A stretch of 32,000 bases of DNA from Pseudomonas aeruginosa (GTDB lineage: Bacteria; Pseudomonadota; Gammaproteobacteria; Pseudomonadales; Pseudomonadaceae), in the NCBI RefSeq assembly GCF_001457615.1, contig NZ_LN831024.1:2310001-2342000 (forward strand), in the 5' to 3' direction. The notes beneath the pieces were generated by a model. It made no database searches. It saw nothing but the letters and a program-made list of their open reading frames with translations, and had not been told where the DNA came from. Of this stretch, positions 19,323-27,296 are shown piece after piece. The first letter of the stretch is position 1. Every line of letters starts with the position of its first letter. The translations under genes and the position numbers were made by a program.

Positions 19323-20098
19323 GCAGCGAGCTGAGCGCCAACCTGGTCGCCCTGAACACCATCGTCTACCGCGAGGTGCGCCGCTTCACCCGGATCTGGC
19401 CGCAGACCCTGCTGCCGCCGGCGATCACCATGGTCCTGTACTTCGTGATCTTCGGCAATTTGATCGGCCGGCAGATCGGCGACATGGGCGGCTTCACCTA
19501 CATGGAATACATCGTGCCCGGCCTGATCATGATGTCGGTGATCACCAACGCCTACGGCAACGTGGTGTCGAGCTTCTTCGGCAGCAAGTTCCAGCGCTCG
19601 GTGGAGGAGCTGCTGGTGTCGCCGGTATCGCCGCACACCATCCTCCTCGGCTACACCATCGGCGGCGTACTGCGCGGCCTGGCGGTGGGGGTGATCGTGA
19701 CCATGCTGTCGCTGTTCTTCACCAAGCTGCAGGTGCACCACCTGGGCATCACGGTGCTGGTGGTGGTGCTTACCGCGACCATTTTCTCCCTGGGCGGTTT
19801 CATCAACGCGGTGTTCGCGCGCAACTTCGACGACATCTCGATCATCCCGACCTTCGTGCTGACGCCGCTGACCTACCTGGGCGGGGTGTTCTACTCGATC
19901 AACCTGCTGCCGCCGTTCTGGCAGACCGTGTCGCTGGCCAACCCGATCCTGCACATGGTCAACGCCTTCCGCTACGGCATCCTCGGCGTCTCCGACATTC
20001 GCATCGGCGTGGCCATCGGCTTCATGCTGCTGGCCACCGCGGTGCTCTATCTCGGCTGCGTAAGGCTGCTGGTGAGCGGGCGCGGCATGCGCCAGTGA
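19319..20098 (+). CDS. yadH: ABC-2 type transporter permease (YadH-like)
   Basis: 259-aa polytopic membrane ORF. Its start overlaps the upstream stop (ATGA at 19319-19322). Confidence 0.88.
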   Translation: MSSELSANLVALNTIVYREVRRFTRIWPQTLLPPAITMVLYFVIFGNLIGRQIGDMGGFTYMEYIVPGLIMMSVITNAYGNVVSSFFGSKFQRSVEELLVSPVSPHTILLGYTIGGVLRGLAVGVIVTMLSLFFTKLQVHHLGITVLVVVLTATIFSLGGFINAVFARNFDDISIIPTFVLTPLTYLGGVFYSINLLPPFWQTVSLANPILHMVNAFRYGILGVSDIRIGVAIGFMLLATAVLYLGCVRLLVSGRGMRQ

Positions 20099-20119
20099 AA
20101 CGCTCGAAGGCATGAAACA

Positions 20120-20142
20120 GAAGCCCCCGTCATGGGGGCTTC
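20120..20142. terminator. Bidirectional hairpin between convergent yadH and copS
   Basis: GAAGCCCCC (20120-20128), loop GTCAT, GGGGGCTTC (20134-20142). It is flanked by the inverted pair ATGAAAC/GTTTCAT (20112-20118 / 20145-20151), which gives short U-runs in both directions. Confidence 0.7.
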
Positions 20143-20147
20143 GCGTT

Positions 20148-21479
20148 TCATCGGCGCGGGCGAGCGAAATCGATGACGAAACGGGTCCAGCCGTCGGCAG
20201 ACTCGCAGCGGATCTCGCCGCCGTGGGCCTGGACGATGGAGCGGCAGATCGCCAGGCCGAGCCCGGCGTGTTCACCCTGGCCTTCGCGGCGCGCCGGATC
20301 GGCACGATAGAACCGGTCGAACAGGCGCGGCAAGCGCTCGGGAGGAATCGCCGGACCCTGGTTCTCCACGCTCAGGCGTCGGTCGCCGAGACGGATACGT
20401 ATCTCGCCGCCATCGGCGGTGAAGCGCAGGGCGTTGTCCAGCAGGTTGGCCAGCACCCGCCGCAGCATGCCGCGGTCGCCGGGCAGGCTCAGGCTGCCTT
20501 CGCGCAGCAGGCGGATGTCGCGGTCTTCCGCCAGCGGCTGGTAGAACTCCAGCAGCGAGTCGACTTCCGCGCCCAGGTCCAGGGCCTGGCGGCTGGGCGC
20601 CAGCAGGCCGTGGTCGGCCTTGGCCAGCAACAGCATGTCGTTGACCATCGCGGTGAGCCGTTCCAGCTCCTCGAGGTTGCCGTGCAGGGCCTCGCGATAA
20701 TCCTCCAGCGAGCGTGGGCGGGACAATACCACCTGGGTCTGGGTCAGCAGACTGGTGAGCGGGGTGCGCAACTCGTGGGCGATGTCGGCGGAGAACGCCG
20801 AGAGGCGCTGGAAGGCTTCTTCCAGGCGCGCCAGCATGGCGTTCAGCTCGCCGGCCAGTCCGCGCAGCTCCTCTGGCATCCGGCTGGCGTCGAGGCGGGT
20901 GGTGAGGGAGTTGGCGGAAACCCGCGCGGCGACTTCGCGCATCCGTCGCAGCGGCGCCAGGCTGGCGCCGGTGGCCCAGGCGCCGAGCAGCGCCGTGGCC
21001 AGCGCCGACAGGCTCATGGTCAGCCAGATCAACTGGCGCATGCGTTGCAGGAAGTGCTGGTGATGACTGATGTCGAGGATCACGGTGAGTTGCGGCGAAG
21101 CGTCGTTGCCGGGCTCCAGCGGGGCGCCGAGTTCGCGGTTGGCGGGCAGGCCGGGATGCGCAGGCTGCGGCAGGCGCTCGAACCAGAGGCTGCCATCCGG
21201 GCCGTTCAGGCGCAGGCCGAGGTCGGGATGGCGTGCCAGTTCGCGCAGCAGTTCCGCTTCGCGGCGGCGCATCTGTTGTTCCGAGCCGAGGCCGCGCAGC
21301 TCATCGCGAAACACCGCGAGCTTGGCGGACATCGCCATATGGTCGAGCTCGACGAAATGCTCGTCGATGGCCCTGCTGAAGATCAATCCGGCGATCAGCG
21401 AGACCGCCGCCGTGCAGGCGGCGAACAGCAGGCTCAGGCGGACGCCGAGGGACATCCGCGAGCCGAACCCGGCGCTCAT
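20148..21479 (-). CDS. copS: Copper-sensing histidine kinase CopS
   Basis: 443-aa ORF with two TM segments, H-box [14 protein letters not shown], and an ATPase domain ([17 protein letters not shown]). It lies downstream of copR with an overlap. Confidence 0.88.
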   Translation of the reverse strand: MSAGFGSRMSLGVRLSLLFAACTAAVSLIAGLIFSRAIDEHFVELDHMAMSAKLAVFRDELRGLGSEQQMRRREAELLRELARHPDLGLRLNGPDGSLWFERLPQPAHPGLPANRELGAPLEPGNDASPQLTVILDISHHQHFLQRMRQLIWLTMSLSALATALLGAWATGASLAPLRRMREVAARVSANSLTTRLDASRMPEELRGLAGELNAMLARLEEAFQRLSAFSADIAHELRTPLTSLLTQTQVVLSRPRSLEDYREALHGNLEELERLTAMVNDMLLLAKADHGLLAPSRQALDLGAEVDSLLEFYQPLAEDRDIRLLREGSLSLPGDRGMLRRVLANLLDNALRFTADGGEIRIRLGDRRLSVENQGPAIPPERLPRLFDRFYRADPARREGQGEHAGLGLAICRSIVQAHGGEIRCESADGWTRFVIDFARPRR

Positions 21480-22162
21480 TCGTCGCGCTCTTCGAGAACG
21501 TAGCCCATGCCGCGCACGGTATGGATCAGGCGCTGCGGGTAGTCGTCGTCGACCTTGGCGCGCAGGCGGCGGATGGCCACCTCGATGACGTTGGTATCGC
21601 TGTCGAAGTTCATGTCCCAGACCTGCGAGGCGATCAGCGACTTGGGCAGCACCTCGCCGCTGCGCCGCAGCAGCAGTTCGAGCAGGGCGAACTCCTTGGC
21701 GGTGAGGTCGATCCGCTTGCCCTGGCGTTGCACCCGGCGGCGCAGCAAATCGAGTTCGAGGTCGGCCAGTTGCAGGGTGGTCTCCTGCAACTGCTGGCTG
21801 CCCCGGCGCAGCAGGGTGCGCACCCGGGCGAGCAGTTCGACGAAGGCGAACGGCTTCACCAGGTAATCGTCGGCGCCTTGTTCGAGGCCGCGCACGCGGT
21901 CCTCTACGGCATCGCGGGCGGTCAGGAACAGCACCGGTACGGTCATCCCGGCGTCGCGCACGCTGCGCAGGATCTGCCAGCCGTCACGGCCGGGCAGCAT
22001 GACGTCGAGGATCAGCAGGTCGTAGTCGCCGCCCAGGGCCAGTTGCTCGCCCTCGTTGCCATCGTCGCTCAGGTCGACGGCGAAGCCTGCCTCGGCGAGC
22101 CCCTGGCGCAGGTACTGGCCGATGCGCGGTTCGTCTTCGACGATCAGCAGTTTCATGTTCAT
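21476..22162 (-). CDS. copR: OmpR-family copper response regulator CopR
   Basis: Receiver domain ([10 protein letters not shown]...[14 protein letters not shown]) plus a winged helix ([13 protein letters not shown]...[10 protein letters not shown]). The stop overlaps the copS start (ATGA at 21476-21479). The start is at 22162 (MNMKLL) or 22156 (MKLL). Confidence 0.9.
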   Translation of the reverse strand: MNMKLLIVEDEPRIGQYLRQGLAEAGFAVDLSDDGNEGEQLALGGDYDLLILDVMLPGRDGWQILRSVRDAGMTVPVLFLTARDAVEDRVRGLEQGADDYLVKPFAFVELLARVRTLLRRGSQQLQETTLQLADLELDLLRRRVQRQGKRIDLTAKEFALLELLLRRSGEVLPKSLIASQVWDMNFDSDTNVIEVAIRRLRAKVDDDYPQRLIHTVRGMGYVLEERDE

Positions 22163-22197
22163 CCCTCGTTACATTTGCCGGCCATGCCGACCTGTTT

Positions 22198-22213
22198 CTG
22201 ACAGCATCGTAAT
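22198..22213. promoter_or_regulatory. CopR-type box CTGACA-N5-GTAAT (copy 1) in the copR / ptrA divergent region
   Basis: CTGACAGCATCGTAAT lies 68 nt upstream of the ptrA ATG and 36 nt from the copR start. The same CTGACA-N5-GTAAT pattern recurs at 22631-22646. Confidence 0.6.
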
Positions 22214-22281
22214 CAGTGGGTAACGGGGGCGACAGTGGCCCCCGCGCAGACTACAGGGGAACTCATTCGAGGAGACTTCCC

Positions 22282-22473
22282 ATGCGTACCTTCACTGCCT
22301 CCACCCTCGCTTTCCTGCTGGTCCTCGCCCCGACCGTTCCGGCCATGGCCGACAGCGGCGGCGACATCGTCTTCGAGCGCATGCAGGCCCAGGCCGCCAA
22401 GGCTCGTGCCGCGCACCAGGAGAAACTGGCGAAGCAGGCCGAAGCGACGAAGAAGGACAAGGAAAACTGCTGA
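22282..22473 (+). CDS. ptrA: Small copper-induced periplasmic protein PtrA (63 aa)
   Basis: ORF 22216..22473 trimmed to MRTFTASTLAFLLVLAPTVPAMA|DSGG (ATG 22282, GAGGAG at 22269-22274). It has a signal peptide followed by a Lys/Ala/Gln-rich helix ending in KENC. The position beside copRS matches PtrA as I recall it. Confidence 0.82.
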   Translation: MRTFTASTLAFLLVLAPTVPAMADSGGDIVFERMQAQAAKARAAHQEKLAKQAEATKKDKENC

Positions 22474-22534
22474 TCGCCAGTTCTTCCACCCCCGGCTCCA
22501 CACGGGATGACGGAGGGCTCCGATCCCGTCTTCA

Positions 22535-22574
22535 CCCGCCACCGGTTCCCTGGTTTCCGGTCGGCGGGTTTTTT
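22535..22574 (+). terminator. Intrinsic terminator after ptrA
   Basis: CCCGCCACCGG (22535-22545) pairs with CCGGTCGGCGGG (22557-22568) with one bulge, followed by T6 (22569-22574). A second hairpin precedes it: ACGGGAT (22502-22508) / ATCCCGT (22523-22529). Confidence 0.8.
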
Positions 22575-22630
22575 ATGCCCGTCGGTGGTGCTGGGCGATC
22601 TTAGCCTTCGCGGTCCGCAACGGCGGCAAG

Positions 22631-22646
22631 CTGACAAAGATGTAAT
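22631..22646. promoter_or_regulatory. CopR-type box CTGACA-N5-GTAAT (copy 2) upstream of the cupredoxin gene
   Basis: CTGACAAAGATGTAAT lies 70 nt upstream of ATG 22717, almost the same spacing as copy 1 relative to ptrA. Confidence 0.6.
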
Positions 22647-22716
22647 GCTCCCGACAGCCAGCCGGCAGGCGCAGCGACACAGGATAGGCGACATCAACCC
22701 GATGGAGATTCCCCGT

Positions 22717-23262
22717 ATGTTTCCGCGCCGCCTGCTTCCCGCTTCCCTGATCGTCCTCGGCGTGCTTTTCGGTGCCAGCGCCCAGGCTTCACCGGCCCAC
22801 GGCCAGGCCTTCGGCAAGCCGGCCCAGGCCGCGCAGGCCAGCCGCAGCATCGAGGTGGTGCTCGGCGACATGTACTTCAAGCCGCGGGCGATCGAGGTCA
22901 AGGCCGGCGAGACGGTCCGCTTCGTGCTGAAGAACGAAGGCAAGCTGTTGCACGAGTTCAACCTGGGAGACGCGGCGATGCATGCCGAGCACCAGAAGGA
23001 GATGCTGGAGATGCAGCAGTCCGGGATGCTCACCCCGACCGGCATGGCGTCGATGGACCATAGTCAGATGGGCCACGGCATGGCCGGCATGGACCATGGC
23101 CGGATGATGAAGCACGACGACCCCAACAGCGTGCTGGTCGAGCCGGGCAAGAGCGCCGAGCTGACCTGGACCTTCGCCAAAGCCACCCGGCTGGAGTTCG
23201 CCTGCAACATCCCCGGCCACTACCAGGCCGGGATGGTCGGTCAACTGACCGTGCAGCCCTGA
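22717..23262 (+). CDS. Periplasmic cupredoxin (plastocyanin/azurin-like) copper-binding protein with a Met/His-rich insert
   Basis: ORF 22507..23262 trimmed to MFPRRLLPASLIVLGVLFGASAQA|SP (ATG 22717, GGAG 9 nt upstream). It has type-1 copper ligands (LLHEFN, FACNIPGHYQAGM = C-x4-H-x4-M) and a Met/His-rich loop MQQSGMLTPTGMASMDHSQMGHGMAGMDHGRMMKHDD. Confidence 0.85.
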   Translation: MFPRRLLPASLIVLGVLFGASAQASPAHGQAFGKPAQAAQASRSIEVVLGDMYFKPRAIEVKAGETVRFVLKNEGKLLHEFNLGDAAMHAEHQKEMLEMQQSGMLTPTGMASMDHSQMGHGMAGMDHGRMMKHDDPNSVLVEPGKSAELTWTFAKATRLEFACNIPGHYQAGMVGQLTVQP

Positions 23263-23379
23263 GCCGGCGGACGGCCGGCGTGAAGATGCCGGCCGATCCG
23301 TATACACTTGCCGCCGCCCGCCAGTGCGGCGCGGCGCGCGGGGAAGGGCCCTGCGCGATTCATCCAGCAGGTTTCCCTC

Positions 23380-24210
23380 ATGCAGCATCCCGCCGAACAT
23401 TCGCCGCTGGGCAAGACCAGCGAATACGTCTCCAGCTACACGCCGTCGCTGCTGTTTCCCATTTCACGCACGGCGAAATGGGCCGAGCTTGGCCTGAGCG
23501 CCGAGACCCTGCCTTATCGCGGCGTGGATATCTGGAACTGCTACGAGCTGTCCTGGCTGACCCCGGCCGGCAAGCCGGTGGTGGCGATCGGCGAGTTCTC
23601 GATCCCGGCGGACTCGCCGAACATCATCGAGTCGAAGTCGTTCAAGCTTTACCTCAATTCCCTCAACCAGTCCGCCTTCGATAGTCGCGAGGCGCTTCGC
23701 GCGGTATTGCAGAAAGACCTCTCGGCCGCTGCCGGGGCGCCCGTGGGCGTGCGCCTGCGCAGCCTCGACGAGGTTGCCGAGGAGGGCATCGGGCGTCTGC
23801 CGGGGCGCTGCATCGACGAGCTGGACATCGCCGTCGACGGCTACGAGCAGCCGCGCCCGGAACTGCTGCGCTGCGACGCCGGGCGGATCGTCGAGGAGCA
23901 GCTCTACAGCCACCTGCTCAAGTCCAACTGCCCGGTCACCGGCCAGCCCGACTGGGGCACCCTGGTGGTCGACTACCGGGGCCCGGCGCTGGACCCGGCC
24001 AGCCTGCTGGCCTACCTGGTTTCCTTCCGCCAGCACCAGGACTTCCACGAACAGTGCGTCGAACGCATCTTCCTCGACCTGCAGCGCCTGTTGCAGCCGC
24101 AGGCGCTCAGCGTCTACGCGCGCTACGTACGCCGTGGCGGCCTGGATATCAATCCCTACCGCAGCCTGGCGGAGGTCGCACCGGACAACCGACGCCTGGT
24201 GCGCCAGTAA
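23380..24210 (+). CDS. queF: NADPH-dependent 7-cyano-7-deazaguanine (preQ0) reductase QueF, two-domain type
   Basis: ORF 23308..24210 trimmed to [17 protein letters not shown] (ATG 23380). It has the QueF motif [11 protein letters not shown] and the catalytic Cys in [11 protein letters not shown]. Confidence 0.92.
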   Translation: MQHPAEHSPLGKTSEYVSSYTPSLLFPISRTAKWAELGLSAETLPYRGVDIWNCYELSWLTPAGKPVVAIGEFSIPADSPNIIESKSFKLYLNSLNQSAFDSREALRAVLQKDLSAAAGAPVGVRLRSLDEVAEEGIGRLPGRCIDELDIAVDGYEQPRPELLRCDAGRIVEEQLYSHLLKSNCPVTGQPDWGTLVVDYRGPALDPASLLAYLVSFRQHQDFHEQCVERIFLDLQRLLQPQALSVYARYVRRGGLDINPYRSLAEVAPDNRRLVRQ

Positions 24211-24233
24211 CGCCTCGCAACACGCGGATACGA

Positions 24234-24260
24234 AAAAGCCCCGGCCATGCCGGGGCTTTT
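24234..24260. terminator. Bidirectional intrinsic terminator between queF and the DUF4404 gene
   Basis: A5 (24233-24237), GCCCCGGC (24238-24245), loop CAT, GCCGGGGC (24249-24256), then T4 (24257-24260). It lies between convergent stop codons at 24210 and 24277. Confidence 0.85.
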
Positions 24261-24276
24261 CATTTCGGCAAGTCGT

Positions 24277-24540
24277 TCAGATACCCATGTTGGCCAGGCT
24301 CTGCACGATGGAGCGGAGCGTGCCGGCGAGGGTCGGGTGGCTGACCTCGAAGCGCTCGACGGCGAGGTTGACCCCATCGACCAGGCTGCCTTCGTTGAGG
24401 GCGTCCTCGTTGGCCAGTTTCAGTTCGATGTCCCTGATCAGGAGTTCCAGTTCGGCGCGCTGCTCTTCGTTCAGCGGCGGTTGTTGCTCCAGTTGCTCGC
24501 GCAGGGCGGACAGTTCGCGCAGCAGACTCTCTTTCGGCAT
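24277..24540 (-). CDS. Small DUF4404-like protein (87 aa)
   Basis: ORF 24277..24651 trimmed to MPKESLLRELSALREQLEQQ (ATG 24540, GAGGGA upstream). It is helical and acidic, with a C-terminal HPTLAGTLRSIVQSLANMGI. Confidence 0.72.
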   Translation of the reverse strand: MPKESLLRELSALREQLEQQPPLNEEQRAELELLIRDIELKLANEDALNEGSLVDGVNLAVERFEVSHPTLAGTLRSIVQSLANMGI

Positions 24541-24613
24541 GGTATTTCCCTCGACGTACAAGTCTTCGGTGGACCTCCGGCGGGCGCCGAAAGGTCCGTC
24601 CATGCCGAACAGA

Positions 24614-25195
24614 TTAACCTGTCGGGCGCAGATGTGCGCGATCCGGATCAATCCGCAGCAGGCGTTCCAGCAGCGGGAAGAAGTGCGTCAGTTCGGGGGT
24701 GCGCATGGCCGGGTCCTTGGCCAGGTCGTCGAGGCGGCGCAGGGTCAGGCCGTCCTGGGCATAGGGCGCCTTGATGTAGGCCGCGGCGGCACGCTCGTCG
24801 AACGGCCCGCCTTGCAGCACCAGGCTGTGCCGGGAGGCCGGCGACAGGCTGGCGTGGTAGCTCGGGTCCACCGCGCAGAGGAAGCGCTTGGCCGATACGT
24901 GCAGGCGCACCGGCTGCCAGACCGACTCGGGGAACAGCTCGCGTAGCAGGCGTGCGCCGAATTCCTCGTGGCGCAGGTCCTCCTCGTCGATCTGCGCCGG
25001 GTCTTCATAGAGGTGGCCGATATCGTGCAGCAGGGCGGCGACTACAAGGCTGTCCGAGCAGCCGGCGCGCTCGGCCAGGGTCGCACACTGCAGCGCGTGC
25101 TCGGCCTGGCTGACTGCCTCGCCATAGGGCTCGGCGCCATGGCTGGCGAAGCGTTCGGCCAGTTCGTCGAGAAAGCGGTGACGGGCGCGGCTCAT
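24614..25195 (-). CDS. HD-domain protein, PhnZ-like (phosphonate-operon-associated HD family)
   Basis: ORF 24614..25405 trimmed to MSRARHRFLDELAERF (ATG 25195, overlapping the upstream stop as ATGA). It has the HD motif AALLHDIGH plus extra conserved His/Asp (SQAEHALQ, RHEEFG, RLHVSAKRF, RRLDDL), as in diiron HD oxygenases/hydrolases. Confidence 0.8.
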   Translation of the reverse strand: MSRARHRFLDELAERFASHGAEPYGEAVSQAEHALQCATLAERAGCSDSLVVAALLHDIGHLYEDPAQIDEEDLRHEEFGARLLRELFPESVWQPVRLHVSAKRFLCAVDPSYHASLSPASRHSLVLQGGPFDERAAAAYIKAPYAQDGLTLRRLDDLAKDPAMRTPELTHFFPLLERLLRIDPDRAHLRPTG

Positions 25196-25935
25196 GGTTT
25201 TTCTCCTTTCAGGCGGCGGACGGCGAGGTCGTGCAGGCAGGGTTGCAGCTCGCCCAGGTGATCGATCACGGAATGCACGCCCAGGCGGTACAGTTCCAGG
25301 GTGGCGTCGGCGCGCAAGCGGTCGCGCTCGGTGTGTCCGAGAGCGTCCCAGTCGGCCGGCGAGAGGCCGCACGACGGCCCGCTGGCGGCCAGGCCGATGG
25401 TCCATAGCCCGGCATTGAGTCCGGCCTGGAGTTGACGCGGTTGGGCGCTGACCAGCACGCAGCCGTCGAGGCGCTCGATGCCCAGCCGGGCGAGGGCCTG
25501 CCAGCAGCCATCGGGGGCCGGCCAGGGGCGCGCGCCGGCGAGGGGAATCAGGGCGTCCGCTCGGCCGAGCGGCGCGGCAAGGCGCTGGCAGACCGATTCC
25601 GGTAGCTCGTCCTGCCAGGCGTAGGGAATCCGTTGTTCGTCCAGGCTCTCCAACAGGGCCACGGCACCGGCGATGGCTTCGGCCTGTTCCCCGGCGGCTT
25701 CGTCGAGGGCTTGCTCCAGGCGCTGGCGCTCGCTCTTGTTCGGTTTGCGCCGCAACAGGAAGCTTTGTGCCTCGGCGAAGGGCAGCAGACTGGCGTCGCG
25801 GAGGTGTTCGGCAGGGCTATGCGGATGGCTGCGCAGCAGCGCCAGGGACAGGGTCCGGGCGCCGAAATCCACCAGGCCGCCGGAGAGTCCGAAGAGCAGG
25901 GCGGTGAAGCGCGGGAGTTGGTCGGAGCTGGGCAT
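25192..25935 (-). CDS. PhnX (phosphonoacetaldehyde hydrolase)-like HAD-fold protein lacking the catalytic Asp residues
   Basis: ORF 25192..25953 (TTG start), more likely starting at ATG 25935 (MPSSDQLPRFTALLFGLSGGLVDFG). It is colinear with PhnX (GLNAGLWTIGL vs GRNAGMWTVGV). However, motif I FDWAGTTVD reads FGLSGGLVD, and the motif IV GDTVSD position reads SAQPRQ. Confidence 0.8.
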   Translation of the reverse strand: MPSSDQLPRFTALLFGLSGGLVDFGARTLSLALLRSHPHSPAEHLRDASLLPFAEAQSFLLRRKPNKSERQRLEQALDEAAGEQAEAIAGAVALLESLDEQRIPYAWQDELPESVCQRLAAPLGRADALIPLAGARPWPAPDGCWQALARLGIERLDGCVLVSAQPRQLQAGLNAGLWTIGLAASGPSCGLSPADWDALGHTERDRLRADATLELYRLGVHSVIDHLGELQPCLHDLAVRRLKGEKP

Positions 25936-26068
25936 GCGAAAGGCGTCTGGCAAATGGTCTAGGCCAGCCTAGAGGGGTTTTGTGACGCCGCCGTGACGTT
26001 TTCGTGGCAGTGGCGATAGGCCGACGGGCTGCCGTTATAATCGGCCGGTCTGAATCAGCGAGGCCGTC

Positions 26069-26788
26069 ATGCCGGTCGATCAATCTCGTCAGTACCTGCG
26101 CATCCGCGACCAGCTCGCCGCGGATATCGCCCAGGGTGTGCTGCAAGTGAAACTTCCCTCCGAGCGGGAGTTGGCCGAGCGCTTCCTGTGTACCCGCATC
26201 ACCCTTCGCGAAGCCCTGCAGCAATTGGAAACCGAAGGCCTGGTCTATCGCGAGAACCGCCGCGGCTGGTTCGTCGCGCCGCCGCGGATCCGCTACAACC
26301 CGACCCGTACCACCGGCTTCATGGAATACGTCAGCGCCCAGGGACGCCAGCCGCGTACCGAGACGCTGCACGCCGAGCGGCGTGCAGCCGGCGCCTGGCT
26401 GGCCAAGCGGATGGGGCTGGAGGACAGCGCGCCGGTGTATTTCCTGCAACGGCGCCGCTGGGTGGACGAGCGTCCGGTGCTGATCGAACTGATCGCCCTG
26501 GATGCCGGGTGGTGCCCAGGCCTGCTGGACCACGACCTCGATACTTCGCTGATGAGCCTGCTGCGCGAGCGTTTCGGCCTGCAGCCGACGCGCTGCCAAC
26601 TGGCGATGCACCCGACCGCGCTGAACGCGGCCCAGGCCGAGCCGCTGCAACTGGCGCCGGGTTCGCCGGCGCTGTACCTGGAGCGACTGAGTTACGCGGA
26701 GGGGCAGAGGGTGGTCGAGTTCGACCAGGAGTTCTGGCGCCCGGACGCTCTGGAGATCGTGCTCGACGCGGCCTATCCGGGCGCCTGA
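26069..26788 (+). CDS. GntR/HutC-family transcriptional regulator with a UTRA effector domain (PhnR-like)
   Basis: 239-aa ORF with an N-terminal wHTH (LPSERELAERFLCTRITLREALQQLETEGLVYRENRRGWFV) and a C-terminal UTRA-like domain. It is divergent from the HAD/HD operon. Confidence 0.88.
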   Translation: MPVDQSRQYLRIRDQLAADIAQGVLQVKLPSERELAERFLCTRITLREALQQLETEGLVYRENRRGWFVAPPRIRYNPTRTTGFMEYVSAQGRQPRTETLHAERRAAGAWLAKRMGLEDSAPVYFLQRRRWVDERPVLIELIALDAGWCPGLLDHDLDTSLMSLLRERFGLQPTRCQLAMHPTALNAAQAEPLQLAPGSPALYLERLSYAEGQRVVEFDQEFWRPDALEIVLDAAYPGA

Positions 26789-26789
26789 G

Positions 26790-27194
26790 TCAGGCGATCG
26801 CGGCGCGTATGCTGTCCGGCACGGGCGTCGAACGGTTTTCCGCGTGGCGCACCCAGACCAGCTTGCAGTGGCCTTCGCCATAGGTGCCTTGCGGATCTTC
26901 CAGGGTGTGCAGGCGATGTTCCAGTACCAGGCTGCTGGTGCCCAGCCTGCCGGCGTACAGTTCCACCACCACGGTGGCCGGATGCACCACCGGCTTCAGG
27001 TAGGTGTGCAGGCTTTGCAGCACGACCGGCCCCTCGGCAGCGCCTTCCAGGTCGATGCCGAGGGTTTCGAACCAGGCCACCCGGGCCTCTTCCAGGTACT
27101 GGAAATAGAGGGTGTTGTTGACGTGCCCGTAGCTGTCCATGTCGCCCCAGCGCACCGGGATATGGGCCGTGTGTAGCAATTGTCTGTCAGCCAT
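26790..27194 (-). CDS. 4HBT/YbgC-like acyl-CoA thioesterase (hot-dog fold)
   Basis: 134-aa ORF with IPVRWGDMDSYGHVNNTLYFQYLEEAR, typical of the YbgC/FadM family (catalytic Asp in DMD). Confidence 0.85.
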   Translation of the reverse strand: MADRQLLHTAHIPVRWGDMDSYGHVNNTLYFQYLEEARVAWFETLGIDLEGAAEGPVVLQSLHTYLKPVVHPATVVVELYAGRLGTSSLVLEHRLHTLEDPQGTYGEGHCKLVWVRHAENRSTPVPDSIRAAIA

Positions 27195-27296
27195 CTCGTA
27201 ACTCTTCTAGTCTCAAAATCGATGCGAGCCTATATACTGCGCCCACGCTGAAGCCGCGCTGGCGGCCAAGACTAGTCATGCAAAGGAGATACAGCA

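Noticed and set aside
22225-22243. Hairpin GGGGGC-gacagtg-GCCCCC in the ptrA upstream region
   Set aside because: It is a short 6-bp GC stem between the CopR-type box and the RBS. It could be fortuitous in GC-rich DNA, and no supporting second copy occurs upstream of the cupredoxin gene.
23263-23379. Possible preQ1 riboswitch or regulatory leader upstream of queF
   Set aside because: There is no compact preQ1-type hairpin or pseudoknot with an A-rich tail. The only structure is a GC hairpin (CGGCCGGC at 23272-23279 / GCCGGCCG at 23288-23295), better explained as a weak terminator for the cupredoxin gene.
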